From Planctomycetota bacterium (lineage in GTDB: Bacteria > Planctomycetota > JAJSAM01 > JAJVHW01), in contig JAJFFG010000128.1 in the NCBI GenBank assembly GCA_021776825.1, positions 353 to 64,352 of the forward strand: a DNA stretch of 64,000 nt. Direction: 5' to 3'. Positions within the stretch are counted from its first letter, which is position 1. Each line of letters begins with the position of its first letter. A program made the position numbers and the translations under genes. The notes beneath the pieces are model-generated. The model worked only from the letters and a program-made list of their open reading frames with translations. It did not search any database and had not been told where the DNA came from. Below are positions 28,982 to 38,871 of this stretch, piece by piece.

Positions 28982-29164
28982 CCCCCGCAGTCCTGACCCC
29001 AGAGCACCGGAGCGGGCATGGACGTAGCGCTCCCGCATGGGCCCACCCCCGCCACCGCCGCCTGAACGTCCCCATGGACTCCGCGTCAGGCCCATAGGTC
29101 CGCGGCGGGCCCATGGAACCGCGTCAGGTCGGAGCAGCTCGTCGAGCGCGTGCGCAGCGCGCGG

Positions 29165-30067
29165 CTACTTGAAGCCGAGCAGCGCCCGGAAGACGTGCCC
29201 CGCGATCTGCGGGTTCTCCTTCAGCCGCCGGGTGCTGTAGCCGTACCAGTTCGCGCCGAACGGGACGTAGATGCGCACGCGGTGCCCCTTGGCGATCAAC
29301 TCATCGCGCATCCACTCGCGCACTCCGAGCAGCATCTGGAACTCGACGCGCGACGGATCGGGTGAGAGCTCCTCGATCAACGCCAGGGCGTCCGCGACGA
29401 GCACCTCGTCATGCGTGGCGATGCCCACCGCGCTCTCGCCTTCGAGCAGCGCCCGCAGACTCTGCCGATAGCTGTCGCGGATCTCTTCGCGGTCCTTGTA
29501 GGCGATCGTCTCTGACTCGTTGTAGATGCCCTTGCATAGGCGGACAGGGATGCCCTCCGCAGCCAGCGCGATCGCGTCGTCGAGGGTGCGAAACAGATAG
29601 GCCTGGAGCACGGCACCCACGGGATGTCCCTCGCCGCGGAGGCGGCGGACGAGTGCCAGCGTGGAGTCCGTGACGGGCGAATCCTCCATGTCCACTCGGA
29701 CGAATCCGTCGTCGAGGGGCGCGGCACGGACCACCAGGTCGCGCACGAGACTGGTGCACACCTCCTCGTCGAGCAGGAGCCCGAGGGCGGTCAGCTTCAC
29801 GGAGATGTTGCACTTCAGGGACTCGCGCTCGATCGCGTCGAGCATCGCCGAGTAGTCCCGCGCGGTGGCCTTGGCCTCGGAGAGGTCCTCGATGAACTCC
29901 CCGAGCACGTCCACCGTGCACGTCGCGCCCTTCGCGTTCAGGGCGCGGATCGTGCGCACGGCGTCGTCGACGGTCTCACCGGCGATGTAGCGCTGCGCGA
30001 CCCGACCGATCACGAAACGGGGCGTGATCGGCAGTGAGGCAGCAAGAAAGCGATCGAAGACGGACAC
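29165..30067 (-). CDS. Proline dehydrogenase (monofunctional PRODH)
   Basis: GGAGGG N5 GTG start. C-terminal RIYVPFGANWYGYSTRRLKENP signature. Alternative upstream ATG at 30157. Confidence 0.8.
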   Translation of the reverse strand: MSVFDRFLAASLPITPRFVIGRVAQRYIAGETVDDAVRTIRALNAKGATCTVDVLGEFIEDLSEAKATARDYSAMLDAIERESLKCNISVKLTALGLLLDEEVCTSLVRDLVVRAAPLDDGFVRVDMEDSPVTDSTLALVRRLRGEGHPVGAVLQAYLFRTLDDAIALAAEGIPVRLCKGIYNESETIAYKDREEIRDSYRQSLRALLEGESAVGIATHDEVLVADALALIEELSPDPSRVEFQMLLGVREWMRDELIAKGHRVRIYVPFGANWYGYSTRRLKENPQIAGHVFRALLGFK

Positions 30068-30186
30068 ACAAGCCCTCCGCGAGACTAGGGACGCGCAGGT
30101 TCTCCAGCGAGGGCACCCCGGCGAAAGAGGAATCGCTGCGCGCCCGAGCGGCGCCACTGCGCCAGTCGCGTATCCTCCTCCGCTTC

Positions 30187-31899
30187 ATGCGGGCAGACGC
30201 ACCCCCTCTGGTCCTCGGCTTCAACTCGACGCATGACGCGGCCGCAGCCATCGTGCGCGGCGGCGAGGTCATCATGGCGGTCGAGGAAGAGCGCCTCTCG
30301 CGCGTGAAGCACCACTTCGGGATGCCGCTCCGGGCCATGGATCTCTGCCTCGAGGCCGCGGGCTCCGACTGGGCGAGCCTCCGCCACCTCGCGTTCTACA
30401 TGGATCCGGGACTCTGGCTGCGCAGCTCCGGCGTCTACTTCCTCCGGCACCTCCCCGCCAGCGCGTCCTACCTCGGCCGCAAACCGGCGTTGTGGCGCAG
30501 TTTTCTCGGAGTGAAGCGCCAGGTCCGGCGGGCGACGGGCTTTCGGGGTCGGTTCCACGTGGTCGAGCACCACAGCGCGCACATCGACAGCGCGTTCTGG
30601 CCGAGCGGCTTCGAGGAGGCGGCGGCGCTGACGGTTGACGGGGCGGGCGAGTCCGTCACGACAGTGCTGGCGCGAGTCGACGAGCGGCGACAGCAGCGGC
30701 TGCTCACGACCCGCTACCCGATCTCGATCGGCAAGCTCTGGGAAGCTGTCACGGACTGGCTGGGCTGGCGCCCGACGCAGGACGAAGGGAAGCTCATGGG
30801 CCTGGCCCCCCACGGCGACGCTCGCTTCGTCGACGCCTTCGCGAAGGTTGTGGCACCCGACGAGCGACGTGGATTCAGGCTCAATCTCGACTACATGGCG
30901 TTCCAGCGTGGGTCCTCGCGCCTGGTCTCCGACCTCTTCGAGGCCGAGTTCGGGCCGGCCCGGCGTCCGGAAGAGGAGATCGGCGACCACCACCGCGCCG
31001 TCGCTCGCGCCCTTCAGCACCACACCGAGGAGGTCGTGCTCTCGCTCGCGCGCCGCCTCCACCGCGAGACCGGACTCTCGCGCCTCGTCATGGCGGGCGG
31101 TGTCGCGCTCAACTGCGTGGCCAACGGACGGCTTCTCACCGAGGGCCCGTTCGACGAGATCTTCATCCAACCGGCCGCCGGGGACAACGGGGCGTGTCTG
31201 GGCGCCGCATTCCACGTGGCACACCGCCGACTCGGGGCGCCGCGAGGCGAACCGCAGCGTCACGCGTTCCTGGGACCGGCCTTCACGGAGGCCGAGGTCA
31301 CCGCGGCGGCGGCCGAGAGGGGCCTGGTCGCCGAGGAGCCGGAGGACGTCGTCGAACGCACCGCGGAGCTTCTCGCCGACGGGGTCATCGTCGGCTGGAT
31401 GCAGGGACGAATGGAGTACGGGCCTCGGGCGCTCGGCAATCGCTCGATCCTGGCCGACCCGCGCTCGGCGTCGATGACCGAGACCGTCAACCGTCTCGTG
31501 AAGTTCCGCGAGCCGTTCCGACCGTTCGCTCCGTCCGTGACGCTTGCCGCAGCCAACGAGTGGTTCGAGAGTGCGGCGCGATCGCCGTACATGCTGCTGG
31601 CGTTCCGCGCCCGCGAGTCGGTGCGAGAGCAGATCCCTGCGGTGATCCACGTCGATGGGAGCGCTCGCGTCCAGACCGTCACTCCCGCCGAGAACCCTCG
31701 CTTCCATGCGCTCCTCGAGGCGTTCGCGGCGCGGACGGGTGTCCCGGTGCTGCTCAACACATCGTTCAACATCCGGGGCGAGCCCATCGTCGCGACCGCC
31801 GGTCAAGCGCTGGAAGCCCTTATCCGGACGGGACTTGGGGCTGTCGTCATCGGCGACCGGGTGTTCATCGACCCGGCTTCGGACACACCACGCAGCTGA
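30187..31899 (+). CDS. Carbamoyltransferase (NodU/CmcH family)
   Basis: LVLGFNSTHDAAAAIVRGGEVIMAVEEERLSRVKHH N-terminal domain plus carbamoyltransferase C-terminal domain. Confidence 0.85.
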   Translation: MRADAPPLVLGFNSTHDAAAAIVRGGEVIMAVEEERLSRVKHHFGMPLRAMDLCLEAAGSDWASLRHLAFYMDPGLWLRSSGVYFLRHLPASASYLGRKPALWRSFLGVKRQVRRATGFRGRFHVVEHHSAHIDSAFWPSGFEEAAALTVDGAGESVTTVLARVDERRQQRLLTTRYPISIGKLWEAVTDWLGWRPTQDEGKLMGLAPHGDARFVDAFAKVVAPDERRGFRLNLDYMAFQRGSSRLVSDLFEAEFGPARRPEEEIGDHHRAVARALQHHTEEVVLSLARRLHRETGLSRLVMAGGVALNCVANGRLLTEGPFDEIFIQPAAGDNGACLGAAFHVAHRRLGAPRGEPQRHAFLGPAFTEAEVTAAAAERGLVAEEPEDVVERTAELLADGVIVGWMQGRMEYGPRALGNRSILADPRSASMTETVNRLVKFREPFRPFAPSVTLAAANEWFESAARSPYMLLAFRARESVREQIPAVIHVDGSARVQTVTPAENPRFHALLEAFAARTGVPVLLNTSFNIRGEPIVATAGQALEALIRTGLGAVVIGDRVFIDPASDTPRS

Positions 31900-32007
31900 G
31901 GCCGACGCGCCCGCGACGACGTGGGAGTTCTTCCCGCCGCTGATACAATCCCGGGCTTCCGGCGCCGGATGGGAGTCCGTGCGCACCGCCCCCATCGAGG
32001 AACCCAG

Positions 32008-33234
32008 ATGTCCGATCCCCTTCTCTCCACCGAGAACCTCGACTGGCAGTCGCGCGCGCGTGAAGTGGCCGACAAGTACATTCGGCCCGTCGCGTGGAAG
32101 TACGACCGCCTGCAGGAGTACCCCTGGGAGGTTCAGGCTCGCCTGAAGGAGTATGAGCTCTTCAAGGTGTTCGTGCCGGTCGAGTACGGAGGCGGGTCCG
32201 GGAGTGCCTTGAACCTCTGCCTCGTCGTCGAGGAGCTGGCGCGAGCCTGTGGCGGCATCGGCGTCGGCTTCGCGGTCAACGCGCTCGGCTCATTCCCGAT
32301 CATGATCGGCGGCACGGAGGAGCAGAAGGAGCGCTGGCTTCCGAGCATCGCTGCGGGCGATCGGCTGGTGGCCTTCGGGCTGTCGGAGAAGAACGCGGGC
32401 TCCGACGCCGGCGGCATGGCGTGCACGGCGGTCCAGGACGGCGACGACTGGGTCCTGAACGGCGAGAAGAAGTGGAACACGAACGGCCTCGTGGCTCACA
32501 TCAACACGATCTTCGCGGTGACCGATGCGAACTCGCGCTCGCGACGCATCAGTCCGTTCGTCGTGGAGCGCCCGGGCTCGGGCGAGACGGTCGGCGACAT
32601 CGACGGCTTCCGGATCGGCAAGATCGAGGACAAGATGGGCATCCGCGCCATCCCCGTCGTCGAGCTCGAGATGGAGAACCTCCGCCTCTCATCGGACCAT
32701 TTGGTCGGAGGTCGCCCGGGCCTCGGCTTCAAGCACGCGATGATGACGCTCGACAAGGCCCGGCCGGGTGTGGCGGCGCAGGCCGTCGGGTGCGCGCAGG
32801 GTGCGCTGGACTTCGCGCTCGTCTACACGACGCAGCGCGTGCAGTTCGGGGGCCCGATCTCCTCGAAGCAGATGGTCCAGAAGCTCCTCGCCGATGGTGC
32901 GCAGAAGGTCGAGGCGGCGCGCCAGCTCGTCCACGCGGCCGCGCGGCACATCGACGCCGGCTCCCCGAAGGGCAACAAGTTCGCTGCCATGGCGAAGTGC
33001 TTCGCCACGGACATCGCCATGGAGGTCACCACCGACGCCGTGCAGCTCTTCGGCGGCTACGGCTTCATGCGGGACTACCCGGTCGAGAAGTTCATGCGAG
33101 ACGCGAAGATCACTCAGATCTACGAGGGCACCAATCAGGTGCAGCGGCTCGTGATCGCGCGGAACCTCATCAAGGAGGCGGCGGGACTGGCGCACCTGAA
33201 GGAGTACTTCCCGATCCCGGAGGACCGTCGCTAA
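32008..33234 (+). CDS. Acyl-CoA dehydrogenase
   Basis: ACAD N/M/C domains. GGSGSALNLCLVVEELARACGG...QLFGGYGFMRDYPVEKFMRDAKITQIYEGTNQVQ. Confidence 0.9.
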   Translation: MSDPLLSTENLDWQSRAREVADKYIRPVAWKYDRLQEYPWEVQARLKEYELFKVFVPVEYGGGSGSALNLCLVVEELARACGGIGVGFAVNALGSFPIMIGGTEEQKERWLPSIAAGDRLVAFGLSEKNAGSDAGGMACTAVQDGDDWVLNGEKKWNTNGLVAHINTIFAVTDANSRSRRISPFVVERPGSGETVGDIDGFRIGKIEDKMGIRAIPVVELEMENLRLSSDHLVGGRPGLGFKHAMMTLDKARPGVAAQAVGCAQGALDFALVYTTQRVQFGGPISSKQMVQKLLADGAQKVEAARQLVHAAARHIDAGSPKGNKFAAMAKCFATDIAMEVTTDAVQLFGGYGFMRDYPVEKFMRDAKITQIYEGTNQVQRLVIARNLIKEAAGLAHLKEYFPIPEDRR

Positions 33235-33293
33235 CTCGCTCTGCTACACGGAGTTACGATCCGGCGCTGCGTGAGGCGGGAGTCAATCGACGA

Positions 33294-34052
33294 TCAAGAC
33301 GCGTCGGGCTGACGACCGGGCGTGACCAGCTCCCAGAGCGGCCGCAGCACGAGCGCGGCGAACGCCACCCCGAGCAGGCCGCCGCCGGCGACCACGCCGA
33401 CGGCAAACCCTGCGTGAAGTTTCGTCAGCCACCAGCAGCCGATGTCGAGGAGCATCGCGACGAACGGCAGGGCGACGCAGATGCCCTTCCAGCGCGGTCG
33501 TGTATCGGTCATCAAGAACACGAGACCCGCCAGCGCGTACAGCGTGCCCATCCCGAAGAGATGCGCGTGACTCGAGCGCGCCAGAGCGGACCAGCTCATC
33601 CCACCGTCTGGAGCCGTCACGGGCTCGACGAGCTGGAAGCTCGCGCCGTCGGCGCGGCTGGACGCGAAGGGCACCCCCGCCATCTCCCCGCCGGGGTGGT
33701 GACAGCGCACGCACAGTCGATCCAAGACCTCGGCCGGGGCCTCGAACTCCGCCTCGGAGGCGCCGGACTCGACCCACGCGAAGAGGACCCCGCGGTCGCT
33801 CGGCCGCGGGATGTACTTCTCCATCGAGCCTCCGTCGATCTTCGACGTGACGATCGAATACCCCGCGCGACCGTGGAACGCCGCCTCCACATCGGCGAGC
33901 GAGAGACCCGGCTCCCCATCCAGTGCGCCGTGCTGGAGACGCAGATTCACCTGGGCCGCGACGAAGCCGAGACCCATAGCAAGAAGGAACCCGGCGACGA
34001 GGAGTCGGGCCGGTCCCGGAAGCGAACGGAGGCGGTACCCTGGAGACGACAT
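33294..34052 (-). CDS. Membrane protein with one N-terminal TM, a periplasmic segment carrying a single CxxCH heme-c motif, and 3 C-terminal TM helices (hypothetical)
   Basis: ATG 34052 (MSSPGYRLRSLPGPARLLVAGFLLAMGLGFVAA). LCVRCHHPGG motif. Confidence 0.5.
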   Translation of the reverse strand: MSSPGYRLRSLPGPARLLVAGFLLAMGLGFVAAQVNLRLQHGALDGEPGLSLADVEAAFHGRAGYSIVTSKIDGGSMEKYIPRPSDRGVLFAWVESGASEAEFEAPAEVLDRLCVRCHHPGGEMAGVPFASSRADGASFQLVEPVTAPDGGMSWSALARSSHAHLFGMGTLYALAGLVFLMTDTRPRWKGICVALPFVAMLLDIGCWWLTKLHAGFAVGVVAGGGLLGVAFAALVLRPLWELVTPGRQPDAS

Positions 34053-34205
34053 CGCAGGAGAAGATACCCGACGCGCCTGCGAACCTTGCCAGAGCCCGAG
34101 CCGGGTGTGTACCCTCGGCGGTTCTAGGCTGCGGCGACTTTTATAACCTGTTGCCGGCCAACGACTTACGCGCCTCGGCGCGGTCTGCCGAAGCGAGGCT
34201 ACCGG

Positions 34206-35543
34206 ATGCCCATCTACCCCGAAGACCAGGTCGGCGAGAACTTCTTCGACCTGTACTACTACCCCTTCAAGAAGCAGATCTGGGGCGCCGCAGCCATCGT
34301 GGCCGTCGTCGTGCTCGGAAGCCTGACCATCCGGCAGATGCACCGGGGTCGCCTTGACGATCAGTGGGACCGCTACCGAGCGGCCATCGAGATTCGGCAG
34401 CCCTCGCTCTTCGGCAAGGCCGATGCCGCCATTGCGCGTCAGCAGATCGAGACGCTGCGGCAGCTCATCAACGACTACCCGGCGGACAGCGTTACCCCCT
34501 CAGCCTGGCGTGCTGTCGTCGACGCACAGGCAGCCGCAGGCGACTACGACGAAGCGATCACGACGCTCGACCAGCTCGGGGAGGACTTCCCGGACTACCC
34601 GCTGAACACGCTCGCCGCGAGCGGTGAGGCGGGCAGCCGATCACTCTCCGCCGAGCTCCGCGCGAATCTCGTGAAGGAGCGCGACTGGGAGGCAGAGACG
34701 ACGTACGTCCACCCCACGACCGACCCCTCCCGGATGGTGCTGGTCGAAACCGACAAGGGTGCGTTCTGGATGGGGCTCTTCACTGAGGCATCGTCCGAGC
34801 GCGTGGCGGCGTTCGTCGACCATGCGAAGGCTGGAGACTTCAATGGGACTCAGATCTACGAGGTGCGGCTGAGCGCGGACGGCGCTCCGCAGCAGTTCCG
34901 AGCCGGCTCGAGGGCGTCGATCACCGAGCGCAACCCCAAGGATCACGATCGGGCCGAGCCCCTTCACGCGATGGAGCCCGGCGAGTCGCGCCACTCGATC
35001 CGGCACCTCTACGGTGTGGTCTCGTCGGTCGAGACGGCCGGCGGCGAGGACGACCAGTCCTTCATGGTGATCACCGCGAAGGAGGGCCTGAATCGGTACA
35101 ACGGCACGAACACGCCGTTCGGTCAGATTCTCGACCGTGAAGACTCGCTAGCTGTGATCGACCGGATCGCCCGAGCTCAGACGTACTCGACCAACCCAGA
35201 GACGACCACGCTCGACGGCTCGTTCGACATGCGGGATCACCCGTACCCGCGACTGCTGATCCGACGGGTCTCCATCTGGGCGGACGAGAAGCTCGAGGGT
35301 GGCCACGCTGACTTCGGTGTGCGTGCTGGATCAGCGACCCCGGAGCCGTGGGAAGCCGACCTTGCCCCGGCACCGCTCCCGACCGAGTTCCAGCCGAAGA
35401 AGGAAGATGCTCCGGGCGCCCCCGGGGCCGACGAGCCGGAGGTGCCCGAGACTCCGAAGGACTCGGACTCCGGTGATGAGCCTGCTGACGAGACCGGTGA
35501 CGACGGGGACGCGAGCGACGAGGCGCCAAGCGGCGACGAGTAG
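34206..35543 (+). CDS. Membrane-anchored protein with a cyclophilin-like (PPIase-fold) domain and an acidic C-terminal tail
   Basis: TM WGAAAIVAVVVLGSL. VETDKGAFWMGLFTEASSERVAAFVDHAKAGDFNGTQIYEV resembles the cyclophilin N-terminal pattern. D/E-rich tail. Confidence 0.45.
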   Translation: MPIYPEDQVGENFFDLYYYPFKKQIWGAAAIVAVVVLGSLTIRQMHRGRLDDQWDRYRAAIEIRQPSLFGKADAAIARQQIETLRQLINDYPADSVTPSAWRAVVDAQAAAGDYDEAITTLDQLGEDFPDYPLNTLAASGEAGSRSLSAELRANLVKERDWEAETTYVHPTTDPSRMVLVETDKGAFWMGLFTEASSERVAAFVDHAKAGDFNGTQIYEVRLSADGAPQQFRAGSRASITERNPKDHDRAEPLHAMEPGESRHSIRHLYGVVSSVETAGGEDDQSFMVITAKEGLNRYNGTNTPFGQILDREDSLAVIDRIARAQTYSTNPETTTLDGSFDMRDHPYPRLLIRRVSIWADEKLEGGHADFGVRAGSATPEPWEADLAPAPLPTEFQPKKEDAPGAPGADEPEVPETPKDSDSGDEPADETGDDGDASDEAPSGDE

Positions 35544-35573
35544 CAGCCCGGGCGGCCGCGCCGAGCGGGCGTG

Positions 35574-35589
35574 TGTTTCACGTGAAACA
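35574..35589. promoter_or_regulatory. parS: parS centromere site (TGTTTCACGTGAAACA) embedded in a perfect 34-bp palindrome at 35565-35598
   Basis: Exact match to the canonical 16-bp parS consensus. Flanks GCGGGCGTG / CACGCCCGC extend the palindrome. Confidence 0.85.
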
Positions 35590-36131
35590 CACGCCCGCTT
35601 CTTGATTCGAGCCTAGATCCTCCGCAGGAGCCTGAACGCACACCCCCACCGCCGCCAACCGGAGACACCACAGGGAACGCGGGGAACCATATCGCCATCC
35701 GCACCGCGTCCATCGCGGCGGCCACAGCGGCCCCTCCCCAGCCCGGGCGGCAAGGCGGAGCGGGCCGCGAGTGCCGGAGCACCGCTGGCAGCGCAGCCCC
35801 GTGCGAGACACGCCCCCAATGCCCGATCCCCCAGGGCACTCGCACCGCGGAGTCGCCAGCGTCTCGACAGACGCACCTACTGGCCCGCATCTCTCACAGG
35901 GGCGCCGCGCCTAGCCGTCCCGAGCCCGCGATCTCCCGCTCCGGATCCGCTTCACCTGTTTCATCCAGACGGGCGCATCGAGAGGGTGCATGCGCGGCTC
36001 CGGAACGAGACCTCACGCACTCGGAGCCGCCAGGACACCTCACGACGGGCGAACACGCAACGTCACGCGGTTCACCCATGCCGTTCCTCGATCCCGCCGC
36101 GTCCGCGCGACGCCCGCGTGAGCGAACCGGG

Positions 36132-37025
36132 CTAGCCGAGCAGGCGCTCCAGCAGCGACTCGAACTCGGCGGCCGAGAAGTAGTCAATCGTGACGCGCCC
36201 CCTCTCACCCCGGGGGAACAGCCTGACGCGGGTCCCGAGCGCGAGCCGCAACTGGTCCTCAAGATCCTGTAGGTGGGGCGAGAGCTCGGGGCGCTTCGAC
36301 TCGGGAGTCCGAGCGGCGGGCGCGTCCGTGGTCTTTGGGCCACGGACCTCCGCCTCGAGCGCACGGACAGACAGCCCCTCTGCAGCCACACGAGCGGCCA
36401 GGCGAGCCTGCTCACCCGGTTCCGTCACCGCGAGAAGCGCGCGAGCGTGGCCCGCCGACAGGGCGCCAGATGCCACGGTCTCCTGGAGCTCCACGGGCAG
36501 ATCGAGCAGCCTGAGCGTATTCGCAACGGCGGCGCGACTCTTCCCGACCCGCTCCGCGGCCTTGGCCTGCGTCAGGCCGAGGCGCTCGATCAGGGCGCGG
36601 TAGGCCAGAGCCGCCTCGATGGGGTCGAGGGCCTCTCTCTGGATGTTCTCAACCAGCGCGAGCTCGAGCATCTGGTCGTCCGTCGCCGCGCGCACGAGCG
36701 CCGGAATGTCCGCCCGCCCCAGACTCTGCGTTGCTCTGAAGCGACGCTCGCCAGCGATCAGCTCGTATCCGACGCGCGTGGCCCGCACGACGACAGGCTG
36801 CAGGAGGCCATGCTCACGGATGGAGTTCGCGAGCTCGTCCAGCTCGGCCGCTGCAAACACGCGCCGAGGCTGATGAGGATTGGGCCGGATCTCATCGAGT
36901 CGAATCACCTGGATCTCATCGTCCGTGACCGGCGCCCCACCGCCTGAGATCAGATAGTCGAGCCCGCGCCCCAGTCTGCGTTGCACCACTCGGCACCTCC
37001 AACTCACCGTTGTCTCAGTCGTCAT
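36132..37025 (-). CDS. parB: Chromosome partitioning protein ParB (Spo0J)
   Basis: RRLGRGLDYLI N-terminal box. GERRFRA (CTP-binding/ParB box). HTH LTQAKAAERVGKSRAAVANTLRLL. Confidence 0.92.
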   Translation of the reverse strand: MTTETTVSWRCRVVQRRLGRGLDYLISGGGAPVTDDEIQVIRLDEIRPNPHQPRRVFAAAELDELANSIREHGLLQPVVVRATRVGYELIAGERRFRATQSLGRADIPALVRAATDDQMLELALVENIQREALDPIEAALAYRALIERLGLTQAKAAERVGKSRAAVANTLRLLDLPVELQETVASGALSAGHARALLAVTEPGEQARLAARVAAEGLSVRALEAEVRGPKTTDAPAARTPESKRPELSPHLQDLEDQLRLALGTRVRLFPRGERGRVTIDYFSAAEFESLLERLLG

Positions 37026-37101
37026 CGCGCGGGACTCCTCGGCCCGTCACGGAGAATCCTAGCGACCCTCAGGGACACGCGCACAAAGACGACGGGCGGT
37101 G

Positions 37102-37117
37102 TGTTTCACGTGAAACA
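37102..37117. promoter_or_regulatory. parS: parS site (TGTTTCACGTGAAACA), about 77 bp upstream of the parB start
   Basis: Exact 16-bp parS core. Confidence 0.85.
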
Positions 37118-37161
37118 TCACCAGGGGTAGCCACAAGTGCAGAGAATCGGGATACTCCGCG

Positions 37162-37906
37162 CATGAGCGCTTCGACCCGCATCGACGCCCTAGCACGTGC
37201 CACTGCGCGCGATCTCTTCAGGCGTCCGGGTCTCATGCTCGCCCTCGCCGGCGCGGGCCTGACGACGCTGCTTCTTCCCCGGCTCACGTCGAGAGCACTG
37301 GACGACGGAGGGTCCCTCTTCGTCGAGCTGCTCCTCACGAGCGCTGCGCTCTACCTTTGCGTGCTCGCGGGCCTCTGCGGCGTGGTGGTGGCCGCCAAGG
37401 AGTCCCCGCTCGGGCCGTCGCTCGAGCTGAGCGTCACGCCTGCCACCTGGCTGGAGGGGGTTGCTGGGCGGTTTGCGGGCGTCCTAGCCGTGCTCAGTCT
37501 TCACCTCAGCCTCATCACGCTCGTGGCGATCACGGTGGGCGCCCTCGAGACGGCGACCCCCTCGCTGCTCGCAGTTGGGCTCTGCGGGGTTCTCAGTCAG
37601 GCGATCGTGCTGGGAGCCACCGGAGTGCTCCTCGGGAGCATCCTCCCCCAGCAGCTCGCCGGCGCTGGTGTGCTCCTGGTTCTCGTGCTGACACGACTCG
37701 TGCCGCCCGGCAGCCTGGACGGCATTCCCGGCCTCCTCGCCGCGGCACTCCCCGACCCGGCCGCCCTCGACCTCGGACGCGAGGTGGGTTTCCAGCGGCC
37801 AATCGCCGTCCACGCGCTGGCGCTTGCCGCGCTCGGAGGACTCCTGCAGGCGAGCGGATACCTACTCGGCGCCGCGGGACTCCAGAGGTGGCGGGCCACT
37901 CGATAG
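37162..37906 (+). CDS. Polytopic membrane protein (hypothetical, roughly 6 TM)
   Basis: Uniformly hydrophobic, A/L/G-rich helices. Divergent from parB. Confidence 0.5.
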
Positions 37907-38094
37907 CGTAACCCGTTATCGGGCAGTTCGTTACGACTGGCGAGCTGGCGCCGTCCCGCTCGATGGTCGATCCGCTTGGAGGGCGCCCAGGCCTTCCCTC
38001 TTCCGCACCGCGGAGACGTGACGTAGTCTTCCGGTCCGCGCTTCGCCGGCGGCTCCATGGGCCATCGGGGTGGCGTCCTTTGCACTGACGTCAC

Positions 38095-38820
38095 GTGCGT
38101 TACGCCATCCTTGCCGACATCCACAGCAACCTCGAGGCACTCGAGGCTGTGCTGACCTCCCTGGAACGGGAGCGGATTGATCATTACGTGTGCGTCGGCG
38201 ACGTCGTTGGCTACGGAGCAGATCCGAAGCCGTGCCTCGATCGGGTTCGCGATCTCTGCGACGTCATCGTCGCCGGAAATCACGACTGGGCCGTCGCGGG
38301 TACGCTCTCGCTCGAGTTCTTCAACGACTACGCGAAGGCAGCCGTCTACTGGACGCGCGAGCAGCTCGAGGACGACGACATTGCCTGGCTCCGCGATCTG
38401 CCGCTCACGGCCGACGTCGACCGCCACACGCTGCTCGTCCACAGCACGCTTCACGACCCCCCGGCGTTCGACTACCTGCTGACCTCGTACGACGCGCATC
38501 TCTCGATGCGCGTTCTCAAGAAGTCGCTCTGCTTCGTCGGGCACTCCCACATCCCGATCACGTTCATGGAGCGCGGCGGGCTCGGCTTCACGTTCGCCGA
38601 CTCGATCGATCTCTCGAAAATCGAGAAGGCGATCATCAACCCGGGGAGCGTCGGCCAGCCCCGAGACGAGAACCCCGAGGCGGCGTACGCGATCTACGAC
38701 ACGGTCAAGCGCCGGGTCACCCTGCATCGCGTCAGCTACGACATCGATACCGCCGCCGCGAAGATCTCGGATGCGGGCCTTCCGCAGCCCCTCGCCGACC
38801 GGCTCCGCGTCGGCAAGTAG
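38095..38820 (+). CDS. Metallophosphoesterase (calcineurin-like, YfcE/MJ0936 type)
   Basis: ILADIHSN, VCVGDVVGYG, GNHD, GHSH motifs. Confidence 0.85.
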   Translation: MRYAILADIHSNLEALEAVLTSLERERIDHYVCVGDVVGYGADPKPCLDRVRDLCDVIVAGNHDWAVAGTLSLEFFNDYAKAAVYWTREQLEDDDIAWLRDLPLTADVDRHTLLVHSTLHDPPAFDYLLTSYDAHLSMRVLKKSLCFVGHSHIPITFMERGGLGFTFADSIDLSKIEKAIINPGSVGQPRDENPEAAYAIYDTVKRRVTLHRVSYDIDTAAAKISDAGLPQPLADRLRVGK

Positions 38821-38871
38821 GCCGGCCTCGGGGCCGGGGGGTAGATTCCCTGCACCCCCAACGGGTGCTCG

